A stretch of DNA of 62,239 nucleotides, filler included, from Choristocarpus tenellus KU-1152 (taxonomy: Eukaryota > Protista > Phaeophyceae): assembly GCA_964200185.2 (NCBI GenBank). It is 13 parts of 13 records of this genome, joined end to end, with 100 filler letters (N's around TTAATTAATTAA, not from the genome) between each part and the next. Parts side by side here need not be neighbours in the genome. Positions count along the whole stretch, not along the records: positions 10,459 to 20,135 come from CAXNAD020003479.1; positions 20,236 to 23,379 come from CAXNAD020022003.1; positions 23,480 to 29,100 come from CAXNAD020010224.1; 10 more parts are not named here. One strand, given 5' to 3'. Below the pieces are notes generated by a model, which worked only from the letters and a program-made list of their open reading frames with translations, had not been told where the DNA came from and searched no databases. Positions 12,331 to 25,551 of the stretch are shown here, one piece after another (position 1 is the stretch's first letter; the number at the start of each line of letters is the position of its first letter). Made by a program: the position numbers and the translations under genes.

Positions 12331-15300
12331 ATGATACAGAAGCGATGGATCTAATGCAGAAGCTTACCTCTGCTATGAATGATGTGCAGAATAGTTGAAA
12401 ATTTTGAAACTTTTTTGTACTCTTATTTATCCACAACAAGAGGAGCTGCCTACAACTCCAACGCCTCCTCAAGCAATGCCTTGGGTGGTCTAGACTTTTT
12501 TTTTTACATTTTTCGAGCTTAGGCTGGGGTGACCAATATGTTAGTTTCCGTCTCACCCTCTGAATGCACTGCTCCGAGAAAAGGGGCATCTGTAGAGTGA
12601 AGGGACAGTTGCGCGCATGGGGGATGAGTGGTTGTTCGCCTGAGATGATTGTGATAACTGTGGTCCTCTTTCCTTGTCCTTGTGGGCAGATATCAATAGT
12701 TCTTAACATATTTTAGAAGTAGGGGCGCTGCGTATTCTTTTCTGGTTCTCAACACTTGTGCTTGGAGTACTGTTGTGCTACAGTAGGATCATTTGGTGAC
12801 GGGGACTTCATAGGAATGTTGCTGTGGTGCCTGACTAACTAGCTGAGATACACGTGGAGGAAGAGTTCTAAATGCCACAATATTAAATGTTCAGGGTGTA
12901 CAGGAACAATAATAAACTTTGATGTTGAGCATCTGTGCTACTTAAGCTTGGTTGGAACAAGGGCCTCATATGCGCACACTTCACCGTCTCAGTCAGAGAC
13001 TCCTACAGGGGGTATCCAACTACTTTGTGCATTCAGTGTATCCAGCCCAACATATCGTTTTATGTTAAAGAACTGACAGGCAAGATAAGCCATGCTCTCC
13101 AAGCAAATAATGTCATTTCATGAGATATGTATCACTTCAGGGATCTCCTTGAGGAAGTCACACTCACCGCTGCTTGTATGTGAGGGGGGTTTGGTTTGAC
13201 TGTGCGTGTCTTTGAACGATATTTGTTTGTCCACATCATTTAGTAGCAAAGGTTCACCGTATTGTATTGTTCATATTCTCATTCGCATGTCAACATGATA
13301 CTGGGTCTAATCACAGGGTGAGCATTGGGGTGTGGGAGGTCACTGTTCTAGTTGTTTTGAGTGATATGTGTGCAAAGATCAACGAGCAAAATTGCAGCAT
13401 TCACATACCTAAGGACATTTCTTACAAGATGCCCAAGATTATAGCAATGGATGCTCTGGTTGTGGCCTTGCTGTGTAAAGATAGTCTTTGTTGGAAAAAA
13501 ACACTCTGGGTGTGACTAGTCCCTTTGAGCATCGTAAGGATTCTCAGGGTCATGGTAGCACTTCTCATATCCAACAAGGGGTGAGCCTTGTACAAACTAG
13601 TTGAGGCAGCCATCATCTGACAAGGAAAGTCCTACCAACCCTTGCTCTCTAGGTCTGACACAGCATCCTCAGTCTGTCCTTCTCATTGTCTTCTCCCTGC
13701 CCCTTGCCCTAAATAGTCTGTTCCATCACCCTTCTCATTGTCCTCATTCCTTGCCCAGCCCACCACCCTGTCCCCTTTGCTTTCACTCTCAATCCTTCCT
13801 AGCATGGGACTGTAAAGAGCAGTTCGAGGGACTGAAGTATCTTGACTGGGGGCAGACTTTTACTCACCCACCACCTACTTGCTGTGGGAGGCGATATAAA
13901 TGCTCAAGACAACAAAAAGAAAATCAAACTTGTGACATAATAAGGTATGTGACATGAGCATAGATTAGAATATGTAGGATAAAACAATACAGGCAAGGCA
14001 ACACTTATGACATACTCAGGAATACATTTTGTGCTGTTAGGCGAATCTGAGGGGTTGATCGCAGTTGACATGCAGCATGAACTCGCCTCTTACGACCTAC
14101 TCTCTTGATTTGTACCAGTGGGACGAGTGGAACTCTTGGAAATGACCCATACTGAATTTCGTGAGACCAACCACCACTGTATCCACTGGGGACTACTTAA
14201 CCTCTCTACCGTTTAAGGCACAATACCCAAAGAGTGCATACGACGCACTAAGGTTCTGGGGTCAGGCTTCGAAGAAACCCCCACTTAGGTTCTTGGCAAA
14301 AGTGCCAAATTGAGGGGAATGCCTTCAGTTGATCTTCTGGTTGGTTATGGTCAGACTTGAGGCTATTCCTCAGGGTTCTGTCCTGTTGCAAATTACCAGT
14401 TGCAATGCACAAGTGACAAGCCTTGTGTTCAACTTGAACTTGGTTGAATAGTCATAGTGGCATGCACTAAAGAAAGCCGTGTCCATGATAACTTGAAGGG
14501 GTTTACAACTGGATACAAGGGAAAGAGACGCCAATACGCCATACAGGTAGCCCATACACATGGCTAATCTCCTTGTCACAGAAGGTGTCTAACTTTGGCG
14601 TGCAGATTATGTTGATCATCTGATGGGGGTTCCATCAGGACAATCCGAACTCATCCTTGGGCCTCTCCCAGGCTTTTTATTCCCCATCAGCCTGAAGGCA
14701 TGCATGTATTCCTCACCAAGTACCTCCGGTCATACGTTGTTTTAGGTAGTGGTGTACCCGGAAGGCCAAAGTGGGTCAGGACTGGGGGATATATATAAAA
14801 GTTAGAGCTGGTTGAGCGCTTCATTTTTTATGTCATTGTTGTCGAACAGGTTCTGGATCCGTTGGCAGATAAGGTTCGAGGTCGTGTTTCATGTAATCTT
14901 TGAAAATAATACATATTTGAGTCAGACCAATTGAGATGTAGGAAAGTTAGAACCCTTTTGCATTTTAGGTCATAGTTCTTACTCTGTACAACACACTCCA
15001 TTTCATTGCTATATTTGCACAATATCATACGCAAAATTGATATTCCTCCTTTCCACACAAGGTGACACCACAATTTAGCAAACGCCCTTTGCAATTGAGC
15101 AAATGACATCATTTTGCCCTTTCTCATGATCCTTAAAATACAGCCCTGCCTACTTCTCAGTTGGTTTGCTCATTTTTCCCCTACCTAATGCCTCCCCCCT
15201 CAACCCAACTTAAGTAGGTTTGGAGAAGGGCTATTATCTTTCTGTTACACATCATGGGTTCATTATTATTTGTGGCTACTGGGGCCTTCCAAGTTTTCAG

Positions 15301-15815
15301 GGTCTTTCATTGGGCTAGGCAGTCAGCATGACTGGGGTTGGCGTTTGGCACAGCCTGCACCCTGGCCATGTTAAATCTCTGACAGTCCTGGGCTTGCAGT
15401 GCACAAATAGTGCACCATGTTGCGGGGCAGCTCTGACCCTATTGAAAAGCGCACTTGACGGAATTTACCGAGACAGGTGCATTTCTGTTGACAAACCGTT
15501 AAGAAACGAGTTGCAGGGTGAGGAGCTGGGACCAAGCACAGAAGCTTTGTTCCTGAGAGGGATAACCAGGGAAGGAAAAAGCATGTTCGCTACACATATG
15601 AACACATATCAGACTTGTTTTGCCATGGCCCGTCCGTTAAGGCACACTCGACGTATGAGTCAACCCAGTCAATACCTATCATACCAGCCCACTAGCCTAT
15701 AATGTGTGTATTATACAGTAGGTAATTCATTAACAGCACACCCTAATACCTCCAACAAGGTACAAAGTATAAAATAATGAGTAGATAAAATACTCTACAG
15801 TTTATGATGCCCTCT

Positions 15816-16066
15816 GAGCCAAAGTATCTTAGAGGGTACAGCTGCGTCCATTTGGCGACCAAAATCCAATGTTGCAATTTTGTTGTAATTTTGACATCAT
15901 GTTTATTAGGAGATGTCAATATCCTTGTTCCGGACACACCTTTTCATAACGTAAACATTTTACCTACTCCCAAAACAGTTTCGGAGTAGGTAAAATGTCA
16001 CTAAAATGTCACTAAAAACCCGTGACAAACAGGGAATACCTCGTACCCTCTAAGATACATTCACTC
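15816..16066. mobile_element. MITE family B, complete
   Basis: TIRs GAGCCAAAGTATCTTAGAGGGTAC / GTACCCTCTAAGATACATTCACTC; flanking TCT duplicated. Confidence 0.92.
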
Positions 16067-17205
16067 TCTAAAGTTACATTGATGTCAGGGGCAAACAACA
16101 GCATACACACAACACATACATACCCAAAATGTCAGAGGGCATAGTAATAAAATACACATTCATAATGCTTCAAGAATCAAATGTTTTAAATACCTTGATC
16201 TTTCCACACACGCTGACTGGCTGACCTACGTGCTTATCTTTGGCGTTGTTTTCAATACAGAAAGTTGAAAATCCAGTAACAATTTGAAGTGCCTATTCTT
16301 ATTTCTAACTTTTCCCTCAACAATTGGACTCAGGCTGGTCCAGAATTCGACCTGTCTGGTCAGCAGACAAGATAAGAAAAAAGTGTGATGACCCTGGACC
16401 AGTAGCAATGTCAAAAAAGACTCGAGCTGGGTGGCCCCACAGACCAGACTGGTAAAATACATTGGAGGACATGGCTCGCACATGTAAAAAAAAAACTTTG
16501 GTAGACCATGTTTGAACATGTTCCAAAACCTTTGGAACCAAACCAACCCACAGACCAAACCGTTAGCATTTCACCAACGCTATGAACGACCTCAATAATC
16601 TCCAGCTTACACCCCTCAAGGGGGGGAGTAAATAAGAAAATTGACGGATGATGAAATGGTCAATGAGGGTCATCAAGTAAGGGATTATGGGTGTAACGAG
16701 GGCTGATAAGGCATTCATATCTTTTGGTAAGGTGAAGAGCAGCAGATAGATGCCAGAGAATGTAAAAAATGGCAGCACAGACAGTCTCCTGTTGGAGGAG
16801 CCACTGATTGAAGGGGATGCAGCCTGACCTTGTATGTGTCATTGTGGAAGATGAAGATGGCTTCAAGGGGGTTGTTTTTGCATAGTGTGTAGTTTACCTC
16901 TGGCAAACACCAGTGTATCAAATACTCCAGTACTTGAACAGTGATTAACTACCTCTGGGGTGGGTTGTCATATCTTCTACCACCTCCTCCTTGAATGGCA
17001 GCATTTTTTCATACTCCTCATGTATTTCCAACACCTAAGAAGGGTGAAATATTTACCAGATCTTGGTCCTAGTGGAAAAAAAAAATAATCAAATCTGTCA
17101 ACTTAGCGCTACATAGAACTCATCATCCACACTCTTCCACATAAAAATATTGTGCAGTGCGGAAATTGAACCTGCATGATAAAATGCTGTTACAGAGGGG
17201 GGTTG

Positions 17206-19605
17206 TCACCCTGCTCGTGCACGCTTGGCCAACGGTGCCTCCTCACTCCCCTCTATCCCACCCCTACCCTGTTGGTATTCTGCAGAGTCTTCATCACTAT
17301 CACTCCATGCCCCATCATCTGAGCTCGCATCTTCTCCGCTGTCCTCTTCTTGAACCTCCTCACCTGTTGCCTTGGCCAGCTTATGATCTGGGCTGACTTT
17401 GATTCCTAATCATTAGGTTGAAAACATGGAATTTGGAGGGGTGGGAAAGAGAAAGGGGGTCAGCACTACCCCCCTTTGGTTGCCAAAGCCATCGACACTC
17501 TGGACCAACAGGATAGGAGAGAGGAAAGCATATTTTCCATGCTTCCCTCAACTCAATGCCATCCATTGAAGGCTGTCCCTGGACATACAAACCAAGGCCA
17601 TGTTGCAGACCCTCCTGGGACAAGCTGATGTCAAGCAAGGTACAGTTGAGTTGGACTGAAAGGGCTGTGCCTCAGAATGCTACACTGTGCAGAGTTCAAC
17701 ATTGAGCAGCAACCCAGAGTATACCAAACAAGGATTCGCTGGAACAAGAATCTCTGAGACCCACCAAACACGAAAGGCTAACAAACAAAAAAATGTGTCT
17801 CCAGAGTTGAAGCCGAACAAGAGGGTGTCCCGGTGAGTTTGAAGGGCCCTTCTGACTTTCTGGTAGGTAGCGAATGCTTTTCAGGAACACAAGTCTAATG
17901 TGCATAGTGTGTTTTGATTGTACTGTGAGCGCAATCAGCTTGCAGGAGCAAGTTACCCTTTAGTGATTCCCTCTATCGAATCTCTTCATCCTCTTTGAAC
18001 GCAGTTTGAAAACACCCCTCTCTGTTAATCAAAACAGTCAAAACGTACTCCCCACTCAGTAAGTTAAATTCTCCAATTGCGTATCAGATCAGTGTTGAAG
18101 TTATCTGGCCATCTTCGAGCATGCTCACCTTCATCACCGACATCACCCTCACTACCTGCCCTCCCACCCTCACTTGTGCCTTGTTCTACTCCTTTGTTAT
18201 TGGCAATATCATTCTCAGATGAGACGCAGGAGTTCCCTCTCTTGATGGAGCTACGTCCGTTAGCATGGTCCAAAACCTGATAGGAATTGGTTGTTGGAAT
18301 AAAACGCATCTTCTATATGTCTTGATTTACCTCACATTGAGGTGAACAGGAACCTTTGCATGCACATTTGTGTGTGCTAGCCTTCGTGTGTGTCCATCCC
18401 AACAGCAAACAACAGATGCATGTCCTCCTCTACAAAGTCCTCCAGAGGACAAAATCTGACACGCAAAGCTATTACACTACATTCCACAAACCCACCCTAC
18501 AGGAGCGTAGACTGCCACCATCATAGCCTTCCCTAGCCGATCATCCAAACCACAATGCACAAGATTTCAATATTTGACATTCCTCAACTGTCGGAGAGTT
18601 ATTTGTACCTCTATTTGTCCCTTTCCCTCCTCCATTGAAGGTGCTGCTGCTGGGGAAGAGTCTCTCCGAGTTTCCCTAGTCCCATTTGCTGCACCAGGAC
18701 CCACCCCAGAAGATGCCCCTGATCCTGACACCAACATAGAAGCGGCTTCAGTCCTGACATTGCTTCCAGTCCCCCCACCCTCAATCCCTTGATTTGCCGC
18801 AGATGAGGCTCCCGGTCGTGCATGTTGCTCAACATGTGCCCGTACGACCTCAGTAAACTTCAACGGGTTCTTGAGGAAGAGGTCTGTCTTAAAGTGCCAC
18901 AAAAAAGGAGAAGGATGTAAAACATCAAATATAATCAGGTGACACAGAATGTGAGAAAGTATGTAAAACATCAAATACAATCAGGTGACAAAGTATGCGA
19001 GAAAGTATGTAAAACATCAAATACAATCAGGTGACACAGTATGCGAGAAAGTATGCAAAACATCAAATAAAATCAGGTGACAGCATGGGAGAACAAAAAA
19101 TGCACAAGGTCTACACAACAATCACGATTCCTGTTGTTGTACTCCTGTTGTTGTACAGAGCAGAAAGCAGAGCATTGAAGGGTGTTGGAAGAGAGTGTAG
19201 AAAAATGAGACTGAGGTGAGAATCAAAAAGGTTCAGCATTATTGTCTACACAAATACGACACAATTTTCACAATCCACCCCATTCAATCAACCATGATGA
19301 TAAACATACAGACAGGTCCCCCCATCCCCCTACCCCCTCAAAAAAACGCCTTACTTCTATTATATATATTTTTATTATTTTTTATCAAGTGAACATCTAA
19401 CCTAGAAGAATAATAAATCCCGGTCTACCTCACTTCTATTCAACGCCCTGGCCAGTATTCCCACTACCTGACCTGCCTTGGAAATACTATGCCCTGGAGT
19501 ACTCACTATGTCAGGCATGAGACCATCATCTCCATTCGGGTGGGCTACCAATAGCCTGATCGTGGTCAGCAGCGTTGGGACATTCATGGAAGGCGCCCAT
19601 GATCC
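17206..19605 (-). CDS. UBE2T: Ubiquitin-conjugating enzyme E2, UBE2T-like (last 4 exons; catalytic-Cys exon not seen on this contig)
   Basis: Exons 19605-19507, 18887-18609, 18276-18129, 17387-17206 are phase-consistent. GSWAPSMNVPTLLTTIRLLVAHPNGDDGLMPDI|TDLFLKNPLKFTEVVRAHVEQHA matches the UBC C-terminal half (UBE2T-type WxPSxNIxTxLTxIxLLxxxPNxDDxLMxDI). A long disordered acidic tail follows, ending PLAKRARAG*. Confidence 0.8.
18915..19082. repeat. 46-bp minisatellite, about 3.6 copies, inside a UBE2T-like intron
   Basis: Unit ATGTAAAACATCAAATACAATCAGGTGACACAGTATGCGAGAAAGT starts at 18915, 18961, 19007 and 19053. Confidence 0.95.
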
Positions 19606-22600
19606 CTATTAGGAATTAAAGAAAAGAAAAAGAGTAGGAACATTGAGAAGTACAGCACATTTAATGACACTAATCAACCTATTGGAGAAGAGTATAATTA
19701 GGGATACTATTGGAAGGCGTTCATGAGCCTGAGAGACTCTAGTAGTCATCACGGACATCGAAAGAATGATGCCGAACAATGGGGTCGCAGTTTGTTTGGC
19801 ATTTCAATATGGCTTTACCAACAAACCACCAATAGCGGCTTGTTGAATTACTTTTACACATGGCGGCAAAGTCACAGAACTGTACTCCGACTGGCAGTAC
19901 TGATCTAGAAATCAGCACAAACTGGTGTTAGTTTTCCATATATTAAGTATTCCAGCCATTGAATCATGCCCCAATCTACATGCCACCACTAATCTTACTC
20001 ATCGAGTCACACCGAGAACAATAATATCAACAAGAACCAACAGGGGGAGGGGGGGGGGGGGGGGGGACCCGCTTTTCTCATGAGAAACAAAAAAAAAAAC
20101 ACAACTGTTTTTTATTTTTAAATTTTCTTACAACANNNNNNNNNNNNNNNNNNNNNNNNNNNNNNNNNNNNNNNNNNNNTTAATTAATTAANNNNNNNNN
20201 NNNNNNNNNNNNNNNNNNNNNNNNNNNNNNNNNNNGTCTACCAAATAACCCCCTCCCCCCCCAACCTAAAGATCTATAAAGAGTTAATCTGGGAAGCATA
20301 TGTGGAAGAACATCAGAGGATTCCAGAGCAGACAGGCAAAGAATACCACACCTTGAATAAGGTTGTCGATAGCCCAATTTAGGTATCACATTGACAAACT
20401 TACCATTGACGTTCCATGTCTCTGTCATGTGGTCAGGGTTCGTCGGCATGCCCAAGCACGACTAAGGACACCCTGTCCCAACACGATGAAAAACCCCTGA
20501 CCAACAGGCAGAAAGCCCACCGTGACGAAGCCGATAAGCTCCTAGGTTTCTGCATGCCACTATCCCCTTTAGGACTCCAAGGCTCCCAATACAGACGACT
20601 TTAAGGCACATCACGTCACCCAATATGTCACCCAACGCCAAGGAACCCTCTGAAGTCGCGATATTATCTGTCCTGCGATTTGTCCTTGTTCAAATACAAC
20701 GAGGTCTCGGCGTGTCAACATCCGACACAAAGAGTGTAGACGAAGAAGTCTGCTGTATCCTCGACCTCATAGATTGTGCATCACACATCAACAGTAGTTA
20801 GAACTGATTGTAAGTAGGAGGAAGTTGGAAGTAGGACGACGGGGGGCTTGCCACGCATCTCCAGTTGCGGAGTGGAGTGAAATGTGTCCTGATCCAGAAG
20901 TTTGAAGACTGAAGCGGAGAAAGATTTCATGTGAACACGTATTGGTTATGAACAATAATTGGACATATTGAATTTGATCTTCAACACAATATATATAAAG
21001 ATACCATTCATAACAACACAAAGAAATTAGTTCCCGAATCGTTCTACAAAACCCTAACAAATACTATTGGTCTGGTACTACTCTCTGCAAAAAAACCCCA
21101 CAAAATAATGTTACACATATATTAATGGGGATTCTACAACAAAAAATATAATTTTTTCAATAGTTATTACACTCATAAAAACTATAATTTAAATACTACA
21201 CTCAAAGGAGTAAGGGTACATGTCGGCAAGATGGTACTCTGAATGAGTAGGTGGATGATAGATGGTTATGTATGGATACTACACATTCAATAGTACATTC
21301 AGGAGAAGTCGGGTAGATCCTCATACGCCTCGGCTGATCAGCTACAGAGGGCTAACGCGCGATTATCTGGAAAACAGTTTTGGTAGCGATTGTTTATTAA
21401 TAGTTGTAATAATTGTAATCTGCACACACCAAAACTGTCCTTAAAGACAACTCTCGTGAAAAGGGGGGTTTCGACCACCTTTCCAGGCGTTTTCAAGTAC
21501 CCTTAGAGTGAGAATGTGAATGGAAGAGGCACTATCATATTATAGTTATATTATTTCACCTCTTAGAATTAGGATGTGATGTCCACCCCTAAATAGAGGA
21601 ACCTATTTTCTAGTGTCTATGCAAAATAAGCATCTTTGTTATGCTATTGCCCCCTTTGGGGTCCCACCTTTACATCAATCTATAGGCTTGACATTATAGA
21701 CCCTTTGCAACTCACTCATCCAAAAAAGGTTCCCTGCACATTTTTTTCAAAAGCATCACTATATTGACTGTGCTCCCACCCTAACCTCCTATCACACTTT
21801 TCATGTATCACTACCTCATCTACCAAGGAAGGTTTCTGCTTTCTGCTGAAAACCCTGCTCCTTTCACTTTGAACATGCTGTTGCGTAAGGTTAAATCTGT
21901 GAGGAGGGTTGAAAAAAATACCCTTGACGTGGTTGGTGAATGCGACCCTATCTTGCAGGGTGCAGAAGGCGGGATGGTGCCCACCCAGTTGTGTGGTCAT
22001 CATGGTGGTACTTGCCTTTCGGGTACAGTATTCTAAAGTGTGTTTTTTTGACGAGTGATCTTGTCGAGGTTGTGAAAACAAATGGATTGCCAACATTGAC
22101 AGTTGTTGACATACAAAATCGTTACACTGTATCCTAAACCAGATACAAATATCACGACTACATGGAGATACATTGGCAGCAAATTGACAAAATCTTCCGA
22201 ATAGTAGTACTTCGGAGTGTAATGTTAGTAATATGATATCAATGTTCGGAGTACTTCAATATGTTATAGTTGTGATGCATATCCGTCCACCCTTAGTTCG
22301 AATTCAGTCCCATACACTTTGTCCACAAAAGTGCACCACATATTACTCGAGGAAAGAAGCTAGCGGAAAAAACTGACCAATGGTTCATATATTAACCTTT
22401 TACCACCTTTTCCCTTGCCTATGAGACCATATAGGTTACTGCCCTCATTTCTTGAGTATTTAAGCTGAGGAGTATGGCGAGGATACTCGGCCTGGGCCTA
22501 CTCCACATGATCTACCTGACTGCACTATGACGGACAAGGTCATACTTATTTAGGTTGATGCTGCTGCTTTCCCCCCTGCAATCACATGCATGAGCTACTA

Positions 22601-22825
22601 CAGTCCTTACACGACCAGCATGAGGTGCTACTACACGCCTCACATGAGCAGATAGGTGTGGCTTGTGAGCTGCGAGGGGGCTGTGTTGGGTGGAAAAGAG
22701 GAACGCGAGCATCCATCAGGTGGAGGCCACGGTTCTACAGTAAGACCAGGATGACACAGCAACAGGAGAGGACTCTGGTGGGGGGAAAGGAGGAGGAGAA
22801 GCTCCGTCAGCTTAGCAGTCACAGT

Positions 22826-23082
22826 GAGCCAAAGTAAACGAGAGGTACACTGGTTTTGGTCGGTTTGCATTTCATGTCTGCTATTCAATCTTTTGGAATT
22901 CAACCATGTTTCTGCGGATGAAGTTTTAAGTTTGACCTGAGGGCGTTTTATTTTGTATTGTTTGCAACGTTTCTGACACAATTACGAGAATATCCTATAC
23001 GCATTTGTAAAAAATGACGAATTTTGCACATACTTGTCAGCATCCATAAAATGCAACTGGGTACTCTCGTTTACTTTGACTC
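22826..23082. mobile_element. MITE family C, complete
   Basis: TIRs GAGCCAAAGTAAACGAGAGGTAC / GTACTCTCGTTTACTTTGACTC; homologous to 27785-28033 and to about 40100-40336. Confidence 0.9.
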
Positions 23083-24189
23083 AATGTTCCTAGGAGCACC
23101 AGAGGAGAGGCACATGAAGGGAGGTGGTGTTCCTTGGTATGAGCGAGTGTGTGCATTGACTGGGGGTTCTGTGCCTGTATTTGCAGCGAGAGTTAACCTA
23201 TAGCTTTAAACATAGGGTATAATCCCTCAAAAATCTGTCAAGCCCCTCCTTGCCCACCTGCCTGGTGTCTCGAGCTTGAAGCACTTGACACATCTCGAGA
23301 GAGCCACAGGTGCAGTTACAGACACTTTCCCAAACGATAGTAGACAGTTCCTTTCCTTCAATAATCCCCAGTCCCTCTCNNNNNNNNNNNNNNNNNNNNN
23401 NNNNNNNNNNNNNNNNNNNNNNNTTAATTAATTAANNNNNNNNNNNNNNNNNNNNNNNNNNNNNNNNNNNNNNNNNNNNGGGGGGCAGGAGGTTGGGCTG
23501 AAACACTCCCATAGCTTGCCAGTGGTGTGAATTCCACCCTACACTGCATGGGGAAGGGAAGCACAGAAGTGTGTTCTGTTTTGTTTTTCCACTCTATGTA
23601 ACAGTCACTGCAAATAAGGCAGGGACAAGAAGCACGTTACCTATCGCGCTGCAAAGGTGAAAGGGTTCTTCCAACACAGGAGGCGTATGCATCTACAGCA
23701 TGCAGCCTATGCCCATGACAGTTCTTAGTTTTGTGTATCAGAACCGTGCCACGAACAACTTTGAAGTCCTCTGGGAAAGGCCATGTGAGAGACACTTCAA
23801 CACACAAGCATTACTCCGCACAATATTACTGTGTGCAACTAACTAATCCCGTCCATCTCTTATCCCTACCCATGCTGCCTTCCCGTGTCACTCCTATGGT
23901 TTTGGTTTTTATGTTGGTAGAAAATGGGGAGGGTGCAGATGCACAAGCAGGTCAGCAGGCACAACTTCCAGCAGGCATGCGTCAAATGCTGGTTATCCCA
24001 GCACTACTGCCACAGCCCCAGGGAAATCAGGTACATCTTTTATCCCTGTGATAGCTCCTGCAAGCCCTCGCTCTTCCTTGACTCCCCAATCATATGTGTG
24101 CTGTAGCCCTAATGTTTTGGCCGGGGTCATCCAAGGGGAGGGGGGGGGTATAGATCACTTGAACTGAGTCAACCCTGTCGAGTCTAACA

Positions 24190-24480
24190 TAGCACTTCAG
24201 CCATGGAAATATGGGTGCATTGCAAAAGGTTGAAACACTGGCTTACAATGCAAGATTGTTCGAAAACTGGGCATCTCTCGTTAACTTTGGCTTTCTTGAT
24301 ATATATTTTTTCCAGATTAACACTTGTGGATGATCCTGATCTGTGGTCAGAACCTTTTGTGCTATGGACAAAGGTATTGTCTGCACCAAAATCACCTGCC
24401 CAGATTGTTAACACACACATCAACAAATATCGAGTTCCTTGCACATCAATCAGTTGTCATCTGGGCAATGATATACAACA
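24190..24480 (-). mobile_element. Decayed Ty3/gypsy RNase H-like fragment
   Basis: Broken frames give KEL..LLMCVLTIW and SDHRS (ELLAIVxALxxW / TDHxSL-like). Confidence 0.3.
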
Positions 24481-25519
24481 AAATTTTGTCCCAGATATAT
24501 GCAGAAAATAGAAGTGTATGGGTTGTATGAGTGATGGTCATTAGTTAGCTGTTGCAGCTATTTGCCTTGAGAAACACCGTGGTTAGCTCTGGTTTTAGTA
24601 GTACTAGTTACTTGTAGGTTTTGGTTTTGTAGTACTGTGGGTAGCTCAGGTTGATGGCATCGAAAGCTCAAGATGGCCTTTCAGGAAGACTTAACACGTA
24701 CTAGTAGCTATCGCTAGGTGTGGAGCAGTGGGTATCTGCAATTATCATGATACCGCCCCTATACCCTCCTACCCCCCTTCGTTTTGATACTCCCACTCCT
24801 TTCCTTGTGTGTGATGTTATTATATATATATATATTTGACGAGATCTGAATTTTTTTTTAATTAAAGAACTAATTTGTTGAAATATTCTATTATTGTGGA
24901 ATAATATAAAGCAATATCTCACCGGTCGCTATGATGCGATTCGGTGGACGACAACAACCACAACAGCTACCTACCTACCTACCTACCTACCTACTTAAAC
25001 ATATTTTTTCGGGATGCCTGTCCTCTTCTATCTAGAAGCGCACATAAGAAAAAAAGAAACAAAAATGGTGCTCGACCATACCCCCAAAAGGGGGATTAGG
25101 TCGGTAAGAGGTTTTTGAACCTTTGCTCCGTTCCCCAATACTGCAAGGATAGCCAGTGCATTACCGATAGAGTGTTCGACTGCCCTGTTTAGCATTCTGC
25201 ACTGTTGTGTTCAGAAGGATGTGTGAAGAGTGTGTATTTGCTGCCTTTGAGAATTGTGTGACTGGGTGGTGTATTATGTCACATCGTTGCGCTCTAGTTT
25301 AGTCTGCTGCAGGTCTGAATGAGGAACAATTACGGCATTTCCAAGATACCAGTGTCATTGCTACACACATATATATATACATATGTATGCATGTGTGTGT
25401 AAAGAGTGTTTCCATTCCTTGTGGACGGCTGTGCCACCTCCTCTTCAACTCAGGTCAAGTTCCGCCAACATTTTTTACTTGAATTTTTGTCATACTCTTT
25501 GTACTATATTTAGACACTT

Positions 25520-25551
<32 letters not shown>

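Noticed and set aside
14050-17030. Possible MULE remnants (SWIM-like Cys pattern, Ulp1-like fragment)
   Set aside because: Motifs too eroded to support a call without an HMM search.
1-19605. Apparent ubiquitin cluster (RING E3 plus E2)
   Set aside because: The genes lie on different contigs joined artificially.
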